From positions 64,001-128,000 of the IMG/VR virus record IMGVR_UViG_3300037067_013742: a stretch of DNA of 64,000 nucleotides; one strand, written 5' to 3'. Position 1 is the first letter of the stretch. Every line of letters begins with the position of its first letter. The stretch comes from a virus. Its lineage: Duplodnaviria > Caudoviricetes. Position numbers and translations under genes: made by a program. Positions 17,699 through 26,713 of this stretch are shown here, one piece after another. Under the pieces are notes generated by a model. That model worked only from the letters and a program-made list of their open reading frames with translations. It had not been told where the DNA came from and did no database searches.

Positions 17699-18994
17699 AT
17701 GTCCGGTAGATTCCAAGATTTCGATCACTTCAACTCGGTACTCCAGTCTAGGGGTTTGGACCTTTCCGACCGCGATAAGAATGGAATACCTAAGAAGGTC
17801 TCTCTAAGAGACTGGCTAGATGCGGGCAAGGAACAGCTAAAAGAGGTTATTGGCTCTGGAGTTAAGCTTCAGGACACAATCTCTACTCCTGACATTACTC
17901 CTTGGCTACCTCAGGTAATCGAGCGTAATGTTATGGAGGCGGTTGAGCCCCTTCTCGTCCTAACCTCTCTCTTTGAGAAGATGAGCTACGAGCCAGGGCA
18001 GATTCTAGAGTTCCCTGCTGTCGGCGCAGTAAGTGCTGCTGATATCGCAGAGCTAGAGTCTTATCCACTCGTTCGTCTGCAGGAGAGTGGAGCTACTGTT
18101 ACGGCAAAGACCGGTAAGAGTGGTATCGCTTTTGAGATCTCGGAAGAGGCTCAGATGCGGTCAAAGTACGACCTTATTGGGATGCACACTCGCGCTTGTG
18201 GCCGGGCCCTTGCTCGGCACAAGGAAGTTAAGGCTGCCAACTTCCTGCTCAACATGGGCGTTGTTGCCTTTGACAACCGGACTCCAACTAGCTCAATGTT
18301 TGGTGTAACAACCGGACGTGGGTTTGATGGTACTGCAAACGGGTCAATGATTCTTGATAACCTGTTTGATACCTTCTCTCTCGTTATGGCTCAGGGTTTC
18401 ATGCCCAATACCCTAATCATGAACCCCATGACTTATGTCATGTTCCTTAAGGATGAGGTTCTAAGGGCAATCACTCTAGCTGGTGGTAATCAGGTTTGGT
18501 ATGCCTCATGGCGTGGCACTCCAGTTCGCCTTGGTCCCGGATCAAGAACTGGCGTATCTGGTGGTCGGGCGATTGTTCCTGGTAGCGCAGCTTCAGGCGA
18601 GACAGCCACAGCCACAAGGGACTATCCTCAGGATGTTGATAGTGCTCCTATCCTTCCTGGCCGTTGGCCCTTCCCGCTTCGCATCGTTGTGTCGCCGTTT
18701 ATCCCGTTCGACGCGCCGACCAAGCGGACCGACATCATCGTATGTGATGGTAGCGAGCTCGGCTTCTACATTGAGGAGCACGGAGTAAAGGTTCAGGAGT
18801 GGCAGGACCTAGCAATTGATTCGACTAAGTACAAGCTCAAGGAGCGTTATTGCTTCCACGTAGCAAATGAGGGTCTTGCTATTGCCGTTATGAAGAACGT
18901 AAGAGTTGTACCGAACGAGATTAACCTGCCTGCTCAGGTTACCCATGCCGTAAGCGGCTCGCTCCAGCCTATCCCTGCAACTACCCCAGTCTGA
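17699..18994 (+). CDS. Major capsid protein (HK97 fold)
   Basis: SD GGAGG; typical motifs LPQVIE, AADIAELESYP, KSGIAFEISEE, PNTLIMNP, YKLKERY; size and position fit. Confidence 0.9.
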   Translation: MSGRFQDFDHFNSVLQSRGLDLSDRDKNGIPKKVSLRDWLDAGKEQLKEVIGSGVKLQDTISTPDITPWLPQVIERNVMEAVEPLLVLTSLFEKMSYEPGQILEFPAVGAVSAADIAELESYPLVRLQESGATVTAKTGKSGIAFEISEEAQMRSKYDLIGMHTRACGRALARHKEVKAANFLLNMGVVAFDNRTPTSSMFGVTTGRGFDGTANGSMILDNLFDTFSLVMAQGFMPNTLIMNPMTYVMFLKDEVLRAITLAGGNQVWYASWRGTPVRLGPGSRTGVSGGRAIVPGSAASGETATATRDYPQDVDSAPILPGRWPFPLRIVVSPFIPFDAPTKRTDIIVCDGSELGFYIEEHGVKVQEWQDLAIDSTKYKLKERYCFHVANEGLAIAVMKNVRVVPNEINLPAQVTHAVSGSLQPIPATTPV

Positions 18995-19019
18995 TAGTCC
19001 TTAGATAGTCTTCCAAATG

Positions 19020-19028
19020 TGTTAGTAT
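19020..19028 (+). promoter_or_regulatory. Putative extended -10 promoter (TGtTAGTAT)
   Basis: In the gap after the MCP gene; SD AGGAGG at 19039-19044 follows. Confidence 0.45.
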
Positions 19029-19047
19029 TCCTCTAGTCAGGAGGAAT

Positions 19048-19749
19048 ATGGGCACTATCTCTATCCAGCTAAGAAAGACAAAATTTGCTCCATGGGGCAT
19101 TCTTCGAGACTCTATCGTTCGCGGAAACAGAGTCCCTCTTCCAATTATTTGGCTTACCGAAGATGAACCGTTTAAGCAGATTGAAGAAGAGGACTTATAT
19201 GAGTCGGAGATACAGAAGATTCTGATGTCTGCTCAGTTAGGGACAATTGAGGTTAGTGGTATTTATGTCCCGCCGCCAATTCTTCCAACTGTAGTTGCTC
19301 CGGTGGTAGATGAAGTAAGTCGGGAGCAAATGGTCTTTGACGTTACCTCCCTTATTAAGAGGGAAGACGAATTAAGAGAACAAGATGCGATAGAGCGGAG
19401 AGAACGTCTCCAGAGATCAATAAAGAGTAAAGTGGCCGACTATCCAGAAGTCGAGACTTTTTTAAATAGGCATGCGTCTACTGTAAAAAAGGCACTTAAA
19501 GAGCTAGCCACTAAAGAGGCGCCCATTACTTTCTTTTCTGCCTGTAAGAGTGCTGAAGAAGCCGGGAAAAATAGACCCGGAGTTCTATTATTGATTGTAG
19601 AGATTCTCCGTAGGAAGATTGCGGCTGTGGGAGTCGATACTGCTTTCGATAGAGGCAGTGGACGATCAACCCTAGCCGATGCTTATTACACAATGATTGA
19701 AGAGGAGGAGGATGAGGAGGAAGTACCTCCTTGTATCCCTTCCGTCTAG
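19048..19749 (+). CDS. Hypothetical head-completion-region protein (233 aa)
   Basis: Directly after MCP; EEAGKNRPGVL motif and an acidic tail. Confidence 0.6.
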   Translation: MGTISIQLRKTKFAPWGILRDSIVRGNRVPLPIIWLTEDEPFKQIEEEDLYESEIQKILMSAQLGTIEVSGIYVPPPILPTVVAPVVDEVSREQMVFDVTSLIKREDELREQDAIERRERLQRSIKSKVADYPEVETFLNRHASTVKKALKELATKEAPITFFSACKSAEEAGKNRPGVLLLIVEILRRKIAAVGVDTAFDRGSGRSTLADAYYTMIEEEEDEEEVPPCIPSV

Positions 19750-19766
19750 TCGTACCCATTCTTGTC

Positions 19767-19801
19767 TTTACCCACCCTCTCTTTCACTGTAAAATCTAGC
19801 T
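19767..19801 (+). promoter_or_regulatory. Sigma70-type promoter TTTACC-17-TAAAAT, predicted leaderless
   Basis: -35 at 19767-19772, -10 at 19790-19795, ATG 6 nt later, no SD. Confidence 0.65.
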
Positions 19802-21556
19802 ATGGCAGCTCCAACCATAGTTTCTACAGTTCCAACTTCTGGGGCTGTTAGCGTTCCCGTAAATGTCGAGATAGAAGTAATCTTCGATCAAGAGATTGAT
19901 TTATATCGTCTTCGTAATGGTGGAATCATTCTAGAAGGCCCAGACCAAAGTAAGAGCATTGGTCCCGCTTTCATAGAGATGATGCCCCCTAACACCGACG
20001 AGGACGATCTCTTAACTTCTCCTGGATATAAAGGAATCGTTGGAGTTGATTACGAATTTAAACGGGTAGATGGTTCTGGGGCTGAGGTTAGTTATTACGA
20101 TTATGGCGATACCTCTGGGGCTGGTGGGATTTATAGAACTAAGGTAGTTCTCACGCCTACTAAACCACTGGCCCCACTAACTGAATATACCGTTTTTGTT
20201 GTTGGCGACGAAGATACAACTGATGCCTATGATTTTGGTCTTTCTACCAGAACGATATTCGATCCAAGGAAGGGCGCGAATTTTGGCAATGGCGAAGTTG
20301 TATTTTATGGAAGTTATTCTGGATCTATAAGACAACAATTCTTTATTGAAATTACAGTTGCCGGGACTGCCGGAACTGCTGAGTATGAGTGGTGGACTTC
20401 GACTGATACAGTTCGGCTATCCGCTATCTCTACTATTGGATACAGACTTCTTAGTGATGGCGTCAAGATAAAGTTCTTGCAAGGTCTCAACTTTGCGGTA
20501 GGTGATACTTTCTCTGTTTGGTGTGACGTCCCCGTATTTATGAATGGGTCGTCCAAGTTCTCGTTTACAACCTCAAATCAATCTCCGACCACTCTTCCAG
20601 TTCCTTCAACTTCTTTAATTGGGGGGACGGGGACCGGGACAACAACCTCTACTTTTGAAGTATCTTCTAGTAATCCATCTGATAGACAATCTATGGTTCC
20701 CTATGCCTCAACTTCATATAGCGTAACTTTTAGCGGGGATATAGATGCTTCTACAATTACAGATAGCTCTGTCACACTAGAGGGTCATCCAGCAGATGAC
20801 TCTATAAGCGGGGTTAATTATACTGCGACTATCCTAAAGACCTTGTCTGTTTCTGGTGCTATTCTGACGATAACTCCAACTCCAATAGGTCAAGTCTATG
20901 CTAATAACGTTGTTCTAATTACCTTAGATTCTAGTATTGCCGATACAAGTGGAACTACATTAGGCGCAGATTACACCTACTTTTTCGGGACAACACTAAC
21001 CCCATTTTATGCAGGTATAAGGCAGGTTCTCCTGAGGCTTGGTTCCGCAGGCAACTATTTTCCCGAAGAGACAATTGCCTTTGCTATATGGGAAGCAAGT
21101 AGACTAGCAACAGCTTATACCCCAAGCGCAGTTCTTAATTCAACTGTCTTTACAGAAGCTAGGAGACAGTTTGTAATTTGCTATGCGGCCTGGATTTTAA
21201 TCACATCGGGAGCTGGTGGTACTGGTGGCTCGGTTAGAAAACGTCTTGGCGATTTTGACGTAAGCCGAAGTGAATCTTCTATTGGCGGATTAGATGACGC
21301 CCTAAAGGATTGTTGGGAGCGTTATCTTGAAATGCTTGAGGGCGGTGGAGATATTCATGGTCTTGAGGCTTCTCGTCCAGTAAATGTAGTCAAGGGAGAT
21401 ATGTCTTACGACGAACCTCACTACGGACGCTTATGGGAGATTCCATCTGCCCCAATTGCCAATGCTAGGGTTCTCTATACAGACCACCGTCGTTGGGTCA
21501 GAAGTAATATGACTCGTGGTGGTTATTGGTGGAAGTTTGGGAATAGTGATGACTAG
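19802..21556 (+). CDS. Ig-like (Big_5-type) domain protein with a C-terminal head-tail adaptor domain
   Basis: Two Big_5-like starts (APTIVSTVP..VPVNVEIEVIFDQEID; VSSSNPSD..YSVTFSGDIDASTI). The helical C-terminus with KRLGDFDVSRS resembles neck adaptors. Confidence 0.7.
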   Translation: MAAPTIVSTVPTSGAVSVPVNVEIEVIFDQEIDLYRLRNGGIILEGPDQSKSIGPAFIEMMPPNTDEDDLLTSPGYKGIVGVDYEFKRVDGSGAEVSYYDYGDTSGAGGIYRTKVVLTPTKPLAPLTEYTVFVVGDEDTTDAYDFGLSTRTIFDPRKGANFGNGEVVFYGSYSGSIRQQFFIEITVAGTAGTAEYEWWTSTDTVRLSAISTIGYRLLSDGVKIKFLQGLNFAVGDTFSVWCDVPVFMNGSSKFSFTTSNQSPTTLPVPSTSLIGGTGTGTTTSTFEVSSSNPSDRQSMVPYASTSYSVTFSGDIDASTITDSSVTLEGHPADDSISGVNYTATILKTLSVSGAILTITPTPIGQVYANNVVLITLDSSIADTSGTTLGADYTYFFGTTLTPFYAGIRQVLLRLGSAGNYFPEETIAFAIWEASRLATAYTPSAVLNSTVFTEARRQFVICYAAWILITSGAGGTGGSVRKRLGDFDVSRSESSIGGLDDALKDCWERYLEMLEGGGDIHGLEASRPVNVVKGDMSYDEPHYGRLWEIPSAPIANARVLYTDHRRWVRSNMTRGGYWWKFGNSDD

Positions 21557-22160
21557 TTCTTGGAGGACGTTGTTCCCTAATACGGTTGCGGAGTCTGCGC
21601 TATCGGTTGTTTCGGCGACTTCTTCCGTTGGGGCTATTGACTTAAGGTCGGAATTTACCTCCTTAATTATGGGTTCTTCGGATGATATTCCTATTGGGCG
21701 GACCCTAATTCTTAGAAGGATGAGACGAGACTCTTCCGATGCAAGGGTTCCTTGTCTCTGCTTGGATGAGACGTATCACGAACCGGATATTGATTTTCCC
21801 TGTTCAAGTTGTCAGGGAGCTGGGTATTTATGGGACGAAGAAATTATTTATGGTTATCGGCAGGTAGCTGCGGCAACAAGTGGAAGTAATGCGGCGGTTA
21901 ACTTTGACAAATCTGAGGTTGGATCCTTGTATGTCCCGGCTACAAAATTCTACTTCTTATATGACGCGAACTTAAAACGGGAAGATATTATTGTAGATAT
22001 TGAACTTGATGTAGATGGAGCCCCAGTTCTTCCATATAATCGTATTGGTTTTCAAGAGGTTAACTTGGTTAGGTCTATGCGTTCAGATAATGGAAGAATA
22101 GAATTTTGGGTTTGCGATACGCAAAGAACTGGCCCTAAGACTCATGGGTATCAAATCTAA
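21549..22160 (+). CDS. Putative head-closure/neck protein with Zn-binding motif
   Basis: CLC...CSSCQGAG motif; RSDNGRIEFW end; position between adaptor and terminator. ATG 21549 preferred. Confidence 0.6.
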   Translation: MTSSWRTLFPNTVAESALSVVSATSSVGAIDLRSEFTSLIMGSSDDIPIGRTLILRRMRRDSSDARVPCLCLDETYHEPDIDFPCSSCQGAGYLWDEEIIYGYRQVAAATSGSNAAVNFDKSEVGSLYVPATKFYFLYDANLKREDIIVDIELDVDGAPVLPYNRIGFQEVNLVRSMRSDNGRIEFWVCDTQRTGPKTHGYQI

Positions 22161-22909
22161 TGACTGGATTAGTTGGCGAGAGTCTTATACGACAAGACCT
22201 AGAGACAGAATTAGCCGGACGACTTACCGCTAGCACGAGAAGAGATCTACTAGAAGGTGGGCAAGTTCTTCGTCTTGAGGATATTGCTCAGCCAACCGAT
22301 AGATCAAAGACTATAACAGTCAAAACTCTAATGGAGTTTTATGATTTGTTTCGTAAGGTTATGGAGGCTGCACGGATTCAAGACGGCTTTGAACATGAGA
22401 TTAGATTCTCTAAGGAGTTTCCTCCCGTTGAGGGTGAGCTTCCTTGCTTTACAGGGTCTTTAATAAGGAGAGAACCATATAGCGTAAATGGTCGTAAGGA
22501 ATTAGCAGCTAGGTTTATGGAGGAGATTGAAGACCCAGACTTCCCCGGTGATGTTATAGAGCGTTACCAAAGGAGGCAGACAAACACTGTTCGTATAACC
22601 GTTTGGGCCAAAACAAGTAAGGTTGCAGACGAACTAGCAGAATGGATTGAAGATAAGTTCTATGAGAATCTTTGGATCTTTCAATGGTGTGGATTATCTC
22701 ATCCAATTATTTGGCTTGGTCGTGAGAGTGACCGAGAAGAAACAGTCCGAAACCAGAAAATGTATGCAGCTCCATTAACCTTCCAGGTAATAACTGCGAA
22801 GATAACACAGCGGAGAAGTACGGCACTTCGTAACGTTGCCGTAAGGATTGGGCTCTTAATTGACGATAATATAAGGGATAGGATTGAGTCAGACCTTCAA
22901 AATCCTTGA
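22160..22909 (+). CDS. Putative tail terminator/completion protein
   Basis: Immediately before the sheath; VRITVWAKTSKVADELAEWIE strand-helix pattern typical of tail terminators. Confidence 0.6.
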   Translation: MTGLVGESLIRQDLETELAGRLTASTRRDLLEGGQVLRLEDIAQPTDRSKTITVKTLMEFYDLFRKVMEAARIQDGFEHEIRFSKEFPPVEGELPCFTGSLIRREPYSVNGRKELAARFMEEIEDPDFPGDVIERYQRRQTNTVRITVWAKTSKVADELAEWIEDKFYENLWIFQWCGLSHPIIWLGRESDREETVRNQKMYAAPLTFQVITAKITQRRSTALRNVAVRIGLLIDDNIRDRIESDLQNP

Positions 22910-22950
22910 CGCTGAACCGTTTTACACGGTACCATTACTTGGTACCAAGT
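22906..22950 (+). promoter_or_regulatory. Sheath operon promoter TTGACG-18-TACCAT with palindromes
   Basis: -35 at 22906-22911, -10 at 22930-22935. Inverted repeat ACCGT-n5-ACGGT at 22916-22930. Perfect 14-bp palindrome ACTTGGTACCAAGT at 22937-22950 abuts SD GAGGAG. Confidence 0.6.
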
Positions 22951-22961
22951 GAGGAGCTTTA

Positions 22962-24842
22962 ATGAGCACTGGAAACGTTGAAGTCCAAAACCTTCCTGGC
23001 ATCATTGCAGGAATGGTAGAGAGTGGGTTGGGAGTTGAGCCTTACGTAAGAGGTCCCAAAACTCTCGTTCTTGGTGTTGCAGCCCAGGGCCAATCAGCTT
23101 GGCCATATACGGTTACCACATCTTCTATCGCTGCCTCGGAATTTGGCTCTGAGGGAACTCTAACTAGAGGTATGTACGAAGCTCGTCAGGGCGGTGCGGA
23201 GAACGTTGTTCTTTATAGAATGGGTTCTACTTCTGCCAAGCTTATGCACGTAGGCGATGCAACTGGCGCAGCTGGGTATACCATTGAGACTGCAACACGC
23301 GACGACACTGCTGGCGCGTCATATACCATTTACTACGACGATACCAGTGACAGAATTGTTGTTTGGAGTGCAGAGACTGGTCTTGTCGTTTATGATAACG
23401 ACGCAACAGATCCAGTAGACCTTCTAGAGGTTTACGTTAGTGGGCATCGTGCCGCTGCTGGTGGTCCTGATATCGCTGGTCCCTCTGCTGGTTTTGCTCT
23501 TGAAGATGTTGTGGGTCTGGGTCACGCTGGGGCTTCTTATACAGCTGGTACCGATGGCTCTAACCCATCAAGGATGGAGCTCTTCCAGTATCTCTACAAG
23601 GCTTATGACGAGCTAGCCGCTCAAGATTTTGACTATGTCATCCCTATGGATGTTTACCTAGACGATCAGAATATCGTTGATGGTGATGCTTTTGGGGCTA
23701 CCTATCTGGCAAGCATCATAAGTGGTGGAACTTATCCAACCCCGGGCTCTTCAGATGATATTCTCGGAAAGGTTTTTGTCGAGGAATATCACGGTCAGTA
23801 TTATTTCTTCTGGGACCTAGATGGCGACGGTGTTGCTGAGCTTTACCCTAATGGGATTGGCTCTTGCGTTTCTGGAGCAGTAAAGATTTCTGGTGATGTA
23901 ATATCTGCGGCTGACTTCCATGAGGTTAACTTTGGATATCAGCTCGCAAGATTCTGCCACAAGATGTCAGTAGATAACAACTTCGTCCTTGGCGTTGTTG
24001 GCTGTCAGCCACCAGCATCAAATAGCCTAGAAGATATTTCTGCTTGGGTTGGTAAGAAGCCAACCTATACGACCTCGTCTGTTGGCGTGCAGACCATTGC
24101 TCATTTTGTAGACAACGGTACTGGTCTACTTGGCAATAAGTTTATGGCTGGTCAGTATGGGTTCCGTGGCTCTCTTGCTTATGGCGGAATCATCCTTACC
24201 GACACAGAGTTCCTAGATGGCATAGAACTGACCGATACAAATGGCTTCGCCATTGATATTGGTCGGTATATTTCTACCGTCTGCTCTTTCGTCCGTCTCT
24301 TTAACTCTTTCGACCTAAGTGGTCGGGGTTACGTTGTTACAGCCGCGCCAACCTATCTAGCTTATGTTTCATCTCTAGATGAGCAGCAGGCTCCTACAAA
24401 TAAGGTAATGCGAGGCGTTCAGAAGGTTGTAAACCTTAGCCAGCGTTATTGCGACTCACTAGCTGGTTGTGGTTACGTTTCCCTCTTTGAGAAGCCAAAG
24501 GGTCTAACGTGGTCTGATGCTCCTACTTCAGCAAGACCGACTTCTGACTTTAGGCGTCTGGTTACGATGAGGATCGTAAAGAGGGCAGTCAAGGCAGTAA
24601 GAGATGCCGGCGATCCTTTCATCGGTAACTCGTGGAACCCTGCTAAGAAGCAGGCTATGGAAAATGCAATTGGTCAGAAGCTAGACAAGCTGGTGCAGGG
24701 CGGATATATAGTAAGGCATCAGATTGCGCTTCGGCAGACTGCGGTACAAAAGGTTCTTGGGAAGCTCGATGTGGATCTGATGATTGTGCCGAGTTGGGAA
24801 CTTAGGCGAATCACGCTTACCGTAACTCTGCAGCCGCAATAA
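22962..24842 (+). CDS. Contractile tail sheath protein
   Basis: N-terminal LPGII..LVLGVA..FG.EGTL; C-terminal DFRRLVTMRIVK..PFIG..LDVDLMIVPSWELRRI sheath signature. Confidence 0.92.
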   Translation: MSTGNVEVQNLPGIIAGMVESGLGVEPYVRGPKTLVLGVAAQGQSAWPYTVTTSSIAASEFGSEGTLTRGMYEARQGGAENVVLYRMGSTSAKLMHVGDATGAAGYTIETATRDDTAGASYTIYYDDTSDRIVVWSAETGLVVYDNDATDPVDLLEVYVSGHRAAAGGPDIAGPSAGFALEDVVGLGHAGASYTAGTDGSNPSRMELFQYLYKAYDELAAQDFDYVIPMDVYLDDQNIVDGDAFGATYLASIISGGTYPTPGSSDDILGKVFVEEYHGQYYFFWDLDGDGVAELYPNGIGSCVSGAVKISGDVISAADFHEVNFGYQLARFCHKMSVDNNFVLGVVGCQPPASNSLEDISAWVGKKPTYTTSSVGVQTIAHFVDNGTGLLGNKFMAGQYGFRGSLAYGGIILTDTEFLDGIELTDTNGFAIDIGRYISTVCSFVRLFNSFDLSGRGYVVTAAPTYLAYVSSLDEQQAPTNKVMRGVQKVVNLSQRYCDSLAGCGYVSLFEKPKGLTWSDAPTSARPTSDFRRLVTMRIVKRAVKAVRDAGDPFIGNSWNPAKKQAMENAIGQKLDKLVQGGYIVRHQIALRQTAVQKVLGKLDVDLMIVPSWELRRITLTVTLQPQ

Positions 24843-24852
24843 GGAGTGATTG

Positions 24853-25539
24853 ATGGCACGTTCACCAGTTCAGTCTGAGTACGCAGCCTCGTACACAACC
24901 TTCTCTGGTTGTGATATTAAGGCCATCTTTGCCAACGTAACAATTGGCGAGATTCAAGCTATCTCGGTTCAGGTTACTAGGGAGAAAGCCGGCATTTATA
25001 CTATGGGTTCTCCTAACCCTCGTTCTTTCTCAAGAGGCAAGCGTGGTATTGCCGGCTCTATGATCTTTATTCAGTTTGATAGAGATACGATTCTATCTTA
25101 CCTATCAGAGCTGAAGTTCCAAGGAGACATCGAGGAGCTAAGAGCCGACAGTGTAGATGACACGACTTCTCTAGAGTGGCAGATTAGAGCAGCGAGCGAA
25201 CGGGGTAATAGCGTTACAGCTGCAACTCCTCTTGGTGGTGAGCCTGGTGGTGTTCAGCAGGAGCTAGACCTTACTTCAGTTGATAGTGACCAGGAAGTAA
25301 TGTCGGCCTTCTACGCTGATCAGATTCCGCCATTCGATATCACGCTAACTGGCGCTAATGAGTATGGCGATCTTGCCAAGATGGCAATCTTTGGTGTTGA
25401 GTTCCTCAATGAAGGTTGGGGCATTTCAATTGACGACCTAGTCTCTGAGAAGCAGTATACCTATCTCTGTCGCAACGTCTCGTGGTGGCAGTGGGTTAGG
25501 AACGACAACATTGATCGTCTCCGCAGAATCTCTTCATAA
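24853..25539 (+). CDS. Tail tube protein (paralogue 1)
   Basis: Follows the sheath; SD AAGGAG; FSGCDI, RGKRGIAGSMIF, DQIPPFDI, NEYG motifs shared with the next two genes. Confidence 0.8.
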   Translation: MARSPVQSEYAASYTTFSGCDIKAIFANVTIGEIQAISVQVTREKAGIYTMGSPNPRSFSRGKRGIAGSMIFIQFDRDTILSYLSELKFQGDIEELRADSVDDTTSLEWQIRAASERGNSVTAATPLGGEPGGVQQELDLTSVDSDQEVMSAFYADQIPPFDITLTGANEYGDLAKMAIFGVEFLNEGWGISIDDLVSEKQYTYLCRNVSWWQWVRNDNIDRLRRISS

Positions 25540-25545
25540 TCTAGT

Positions 25546-25580
25546 TTGACCTTTCCTTCTTTCCTACCTATTATCTCTGT
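25546..25580 (+). promoter_or_regulatory. Sigma70-type promoter TTGACC-17-TATTAT, predicted leaderless
   Basis: -35 at 25546-25551, -10 at 25569-25574, ATG 6 nt later, no SD. Confidence 0.75.
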
Positions 25581-26705
25581 ATGACGAATGAAGGAGACCA
25601 GGTAAGAGATATCCTTGACACGTATATCTTTACTAATTCTAGTAGAGAAGCTCTACCCGCAAACCAAGATCGAGATGTTGATGCTTTAGTTAATGGTCTT
25701 ACTGGTGGAGGGAGAGGTTCGCAGCATACGAGTGAGGGCCTTTTAGGGATGTATGCTTATTCTGGGGCAGACATTAAGCTGGTAGTTCATCTTCCTCCCG
25801 ATGCAAATGGTGAGAGTAATAGCACTCAGCTTCGAGAGGCTCAAGAGCAGCTAACAGTAGCCCAGCGGGCGCTAGAGAGAGCCCAGGCGACAGATTCAAC
25901 TCCATTACGAACAACTCTAGAGGGACTAAGCGCAGATGCGGAGGCAAGACGCGTAATAATACAAGGTATGGATCCCTCTGATCCAACCCTTGCAACAGAA
26001 GAGGCCGAGCTTGAAGCTGTTGAGGCTCGCTATCGTGATATTAGGGCCCAGTATCAAGCGGCTCAGAGAGATGAGCAGTCTCGAGCCGAACTGGAAGCTG
26101 AGGTAAATACTTTATCCGCAAGTGTCCAAGCTCTTCAAGAGGATGGTCATGCAAACGCCCTATCTTCTAGAACTAAAGTATTAGCCGAGATATCTACCCT
26201 CTCAGTTTCTATCTTTAGAGAGAAGAGTCCAGTTCGTCCATTAGGTACGACTTACGTAAGGTCCTATTGTCGAGGTCCGCGCACCATAAGTGGATCTATG
26301 GTCGTTGCGGTCTTTGATAAGCATATGTTCCATGAGTTCTTTGAGACGGCATCATATAGATCTACTGGCGTTGGAGACTGGGATAGATTTACTTACTCTT
26401 CTTTTATTACTGATCAGTTACCACCGCTAGATATATCAGTTTGCTTTGCTAACGAGTATGGAAACTTCTCTTGGATGGGTCTTCTAGGGGTAGAGTTTGT
26501 TAGTGAGGGTATGACAATGTCCATTGAGGATCTCTTCGTTGAAGGAGTTCATCAGTGGGTCGCTCGTGATATAGACTTATTAAGAAATGTTGGTCGGAGA
26601 GGCTATCGTCCCAATGTTGGAGTTGGACAGAATCTCACGGGTACTAGTATCTTAAGAGAAGCGTTTGCTCAACGGTTTATTGGGCGAAATAATCCGTTTA
26701 TTTAG
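25581..26705 (+). CDS. Tail tube paralogue 2 with ~125-aa coiled-coil insertion
   Basis: YSGADIK, RGPRTISGSMV, DQLPPLDI and NEYG align to paralogue 1; helical insert at about aa 74-197. Confidence 0.75.
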   Translation: MTNEGDQVRDILDTYIFTNSSREALPANQDRDVDALVNGLTGGGRGSQHTSEGLLGMYAYSGADIKLVVHLPPDANGESNSTQLREAQEQLTVAQRALERAQATDSTPLRTTLEGLSADAEARRVIIQGMDPSDPTLATEEAELEAVEARYRDIRAQYQAAQRDEQSRAELEAEVNTLSASVQALQEDGHANALSSRTKVLAEISTLSVSIFREKSPVRPLGTTYVRSYCRGPRTISGSMVVAVFDKHMFHEFFETASYRSTGVGDWDRFTYSSFITDQLPPLDISVCFANEYGNFSWMGLLGVEFVSEGMTMSIEDLFVEGVHQWVARDIDLLRNVGRRGYRPNVGVGQNLTGTSILREAFAQRFIGRNNPFI

Positions 26706-26713
26706 GGAGTTAT

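Noticed and set aside
18995-19047. Intrinsic terminator after the major capsid gene (also sought at 25540-25580 and 61513-61617)
   Set aside because: No GC-rich hairpin followed by a U-tract; these gaps contain promoter-like elements instead.
23814-23831. DLDGD in the sheath as a second RNAP catalytic motif
   Set aside because: It lies in a clear sheath protein with no upstream RxP or barrel context; a Ca-binding-type loop fits better.
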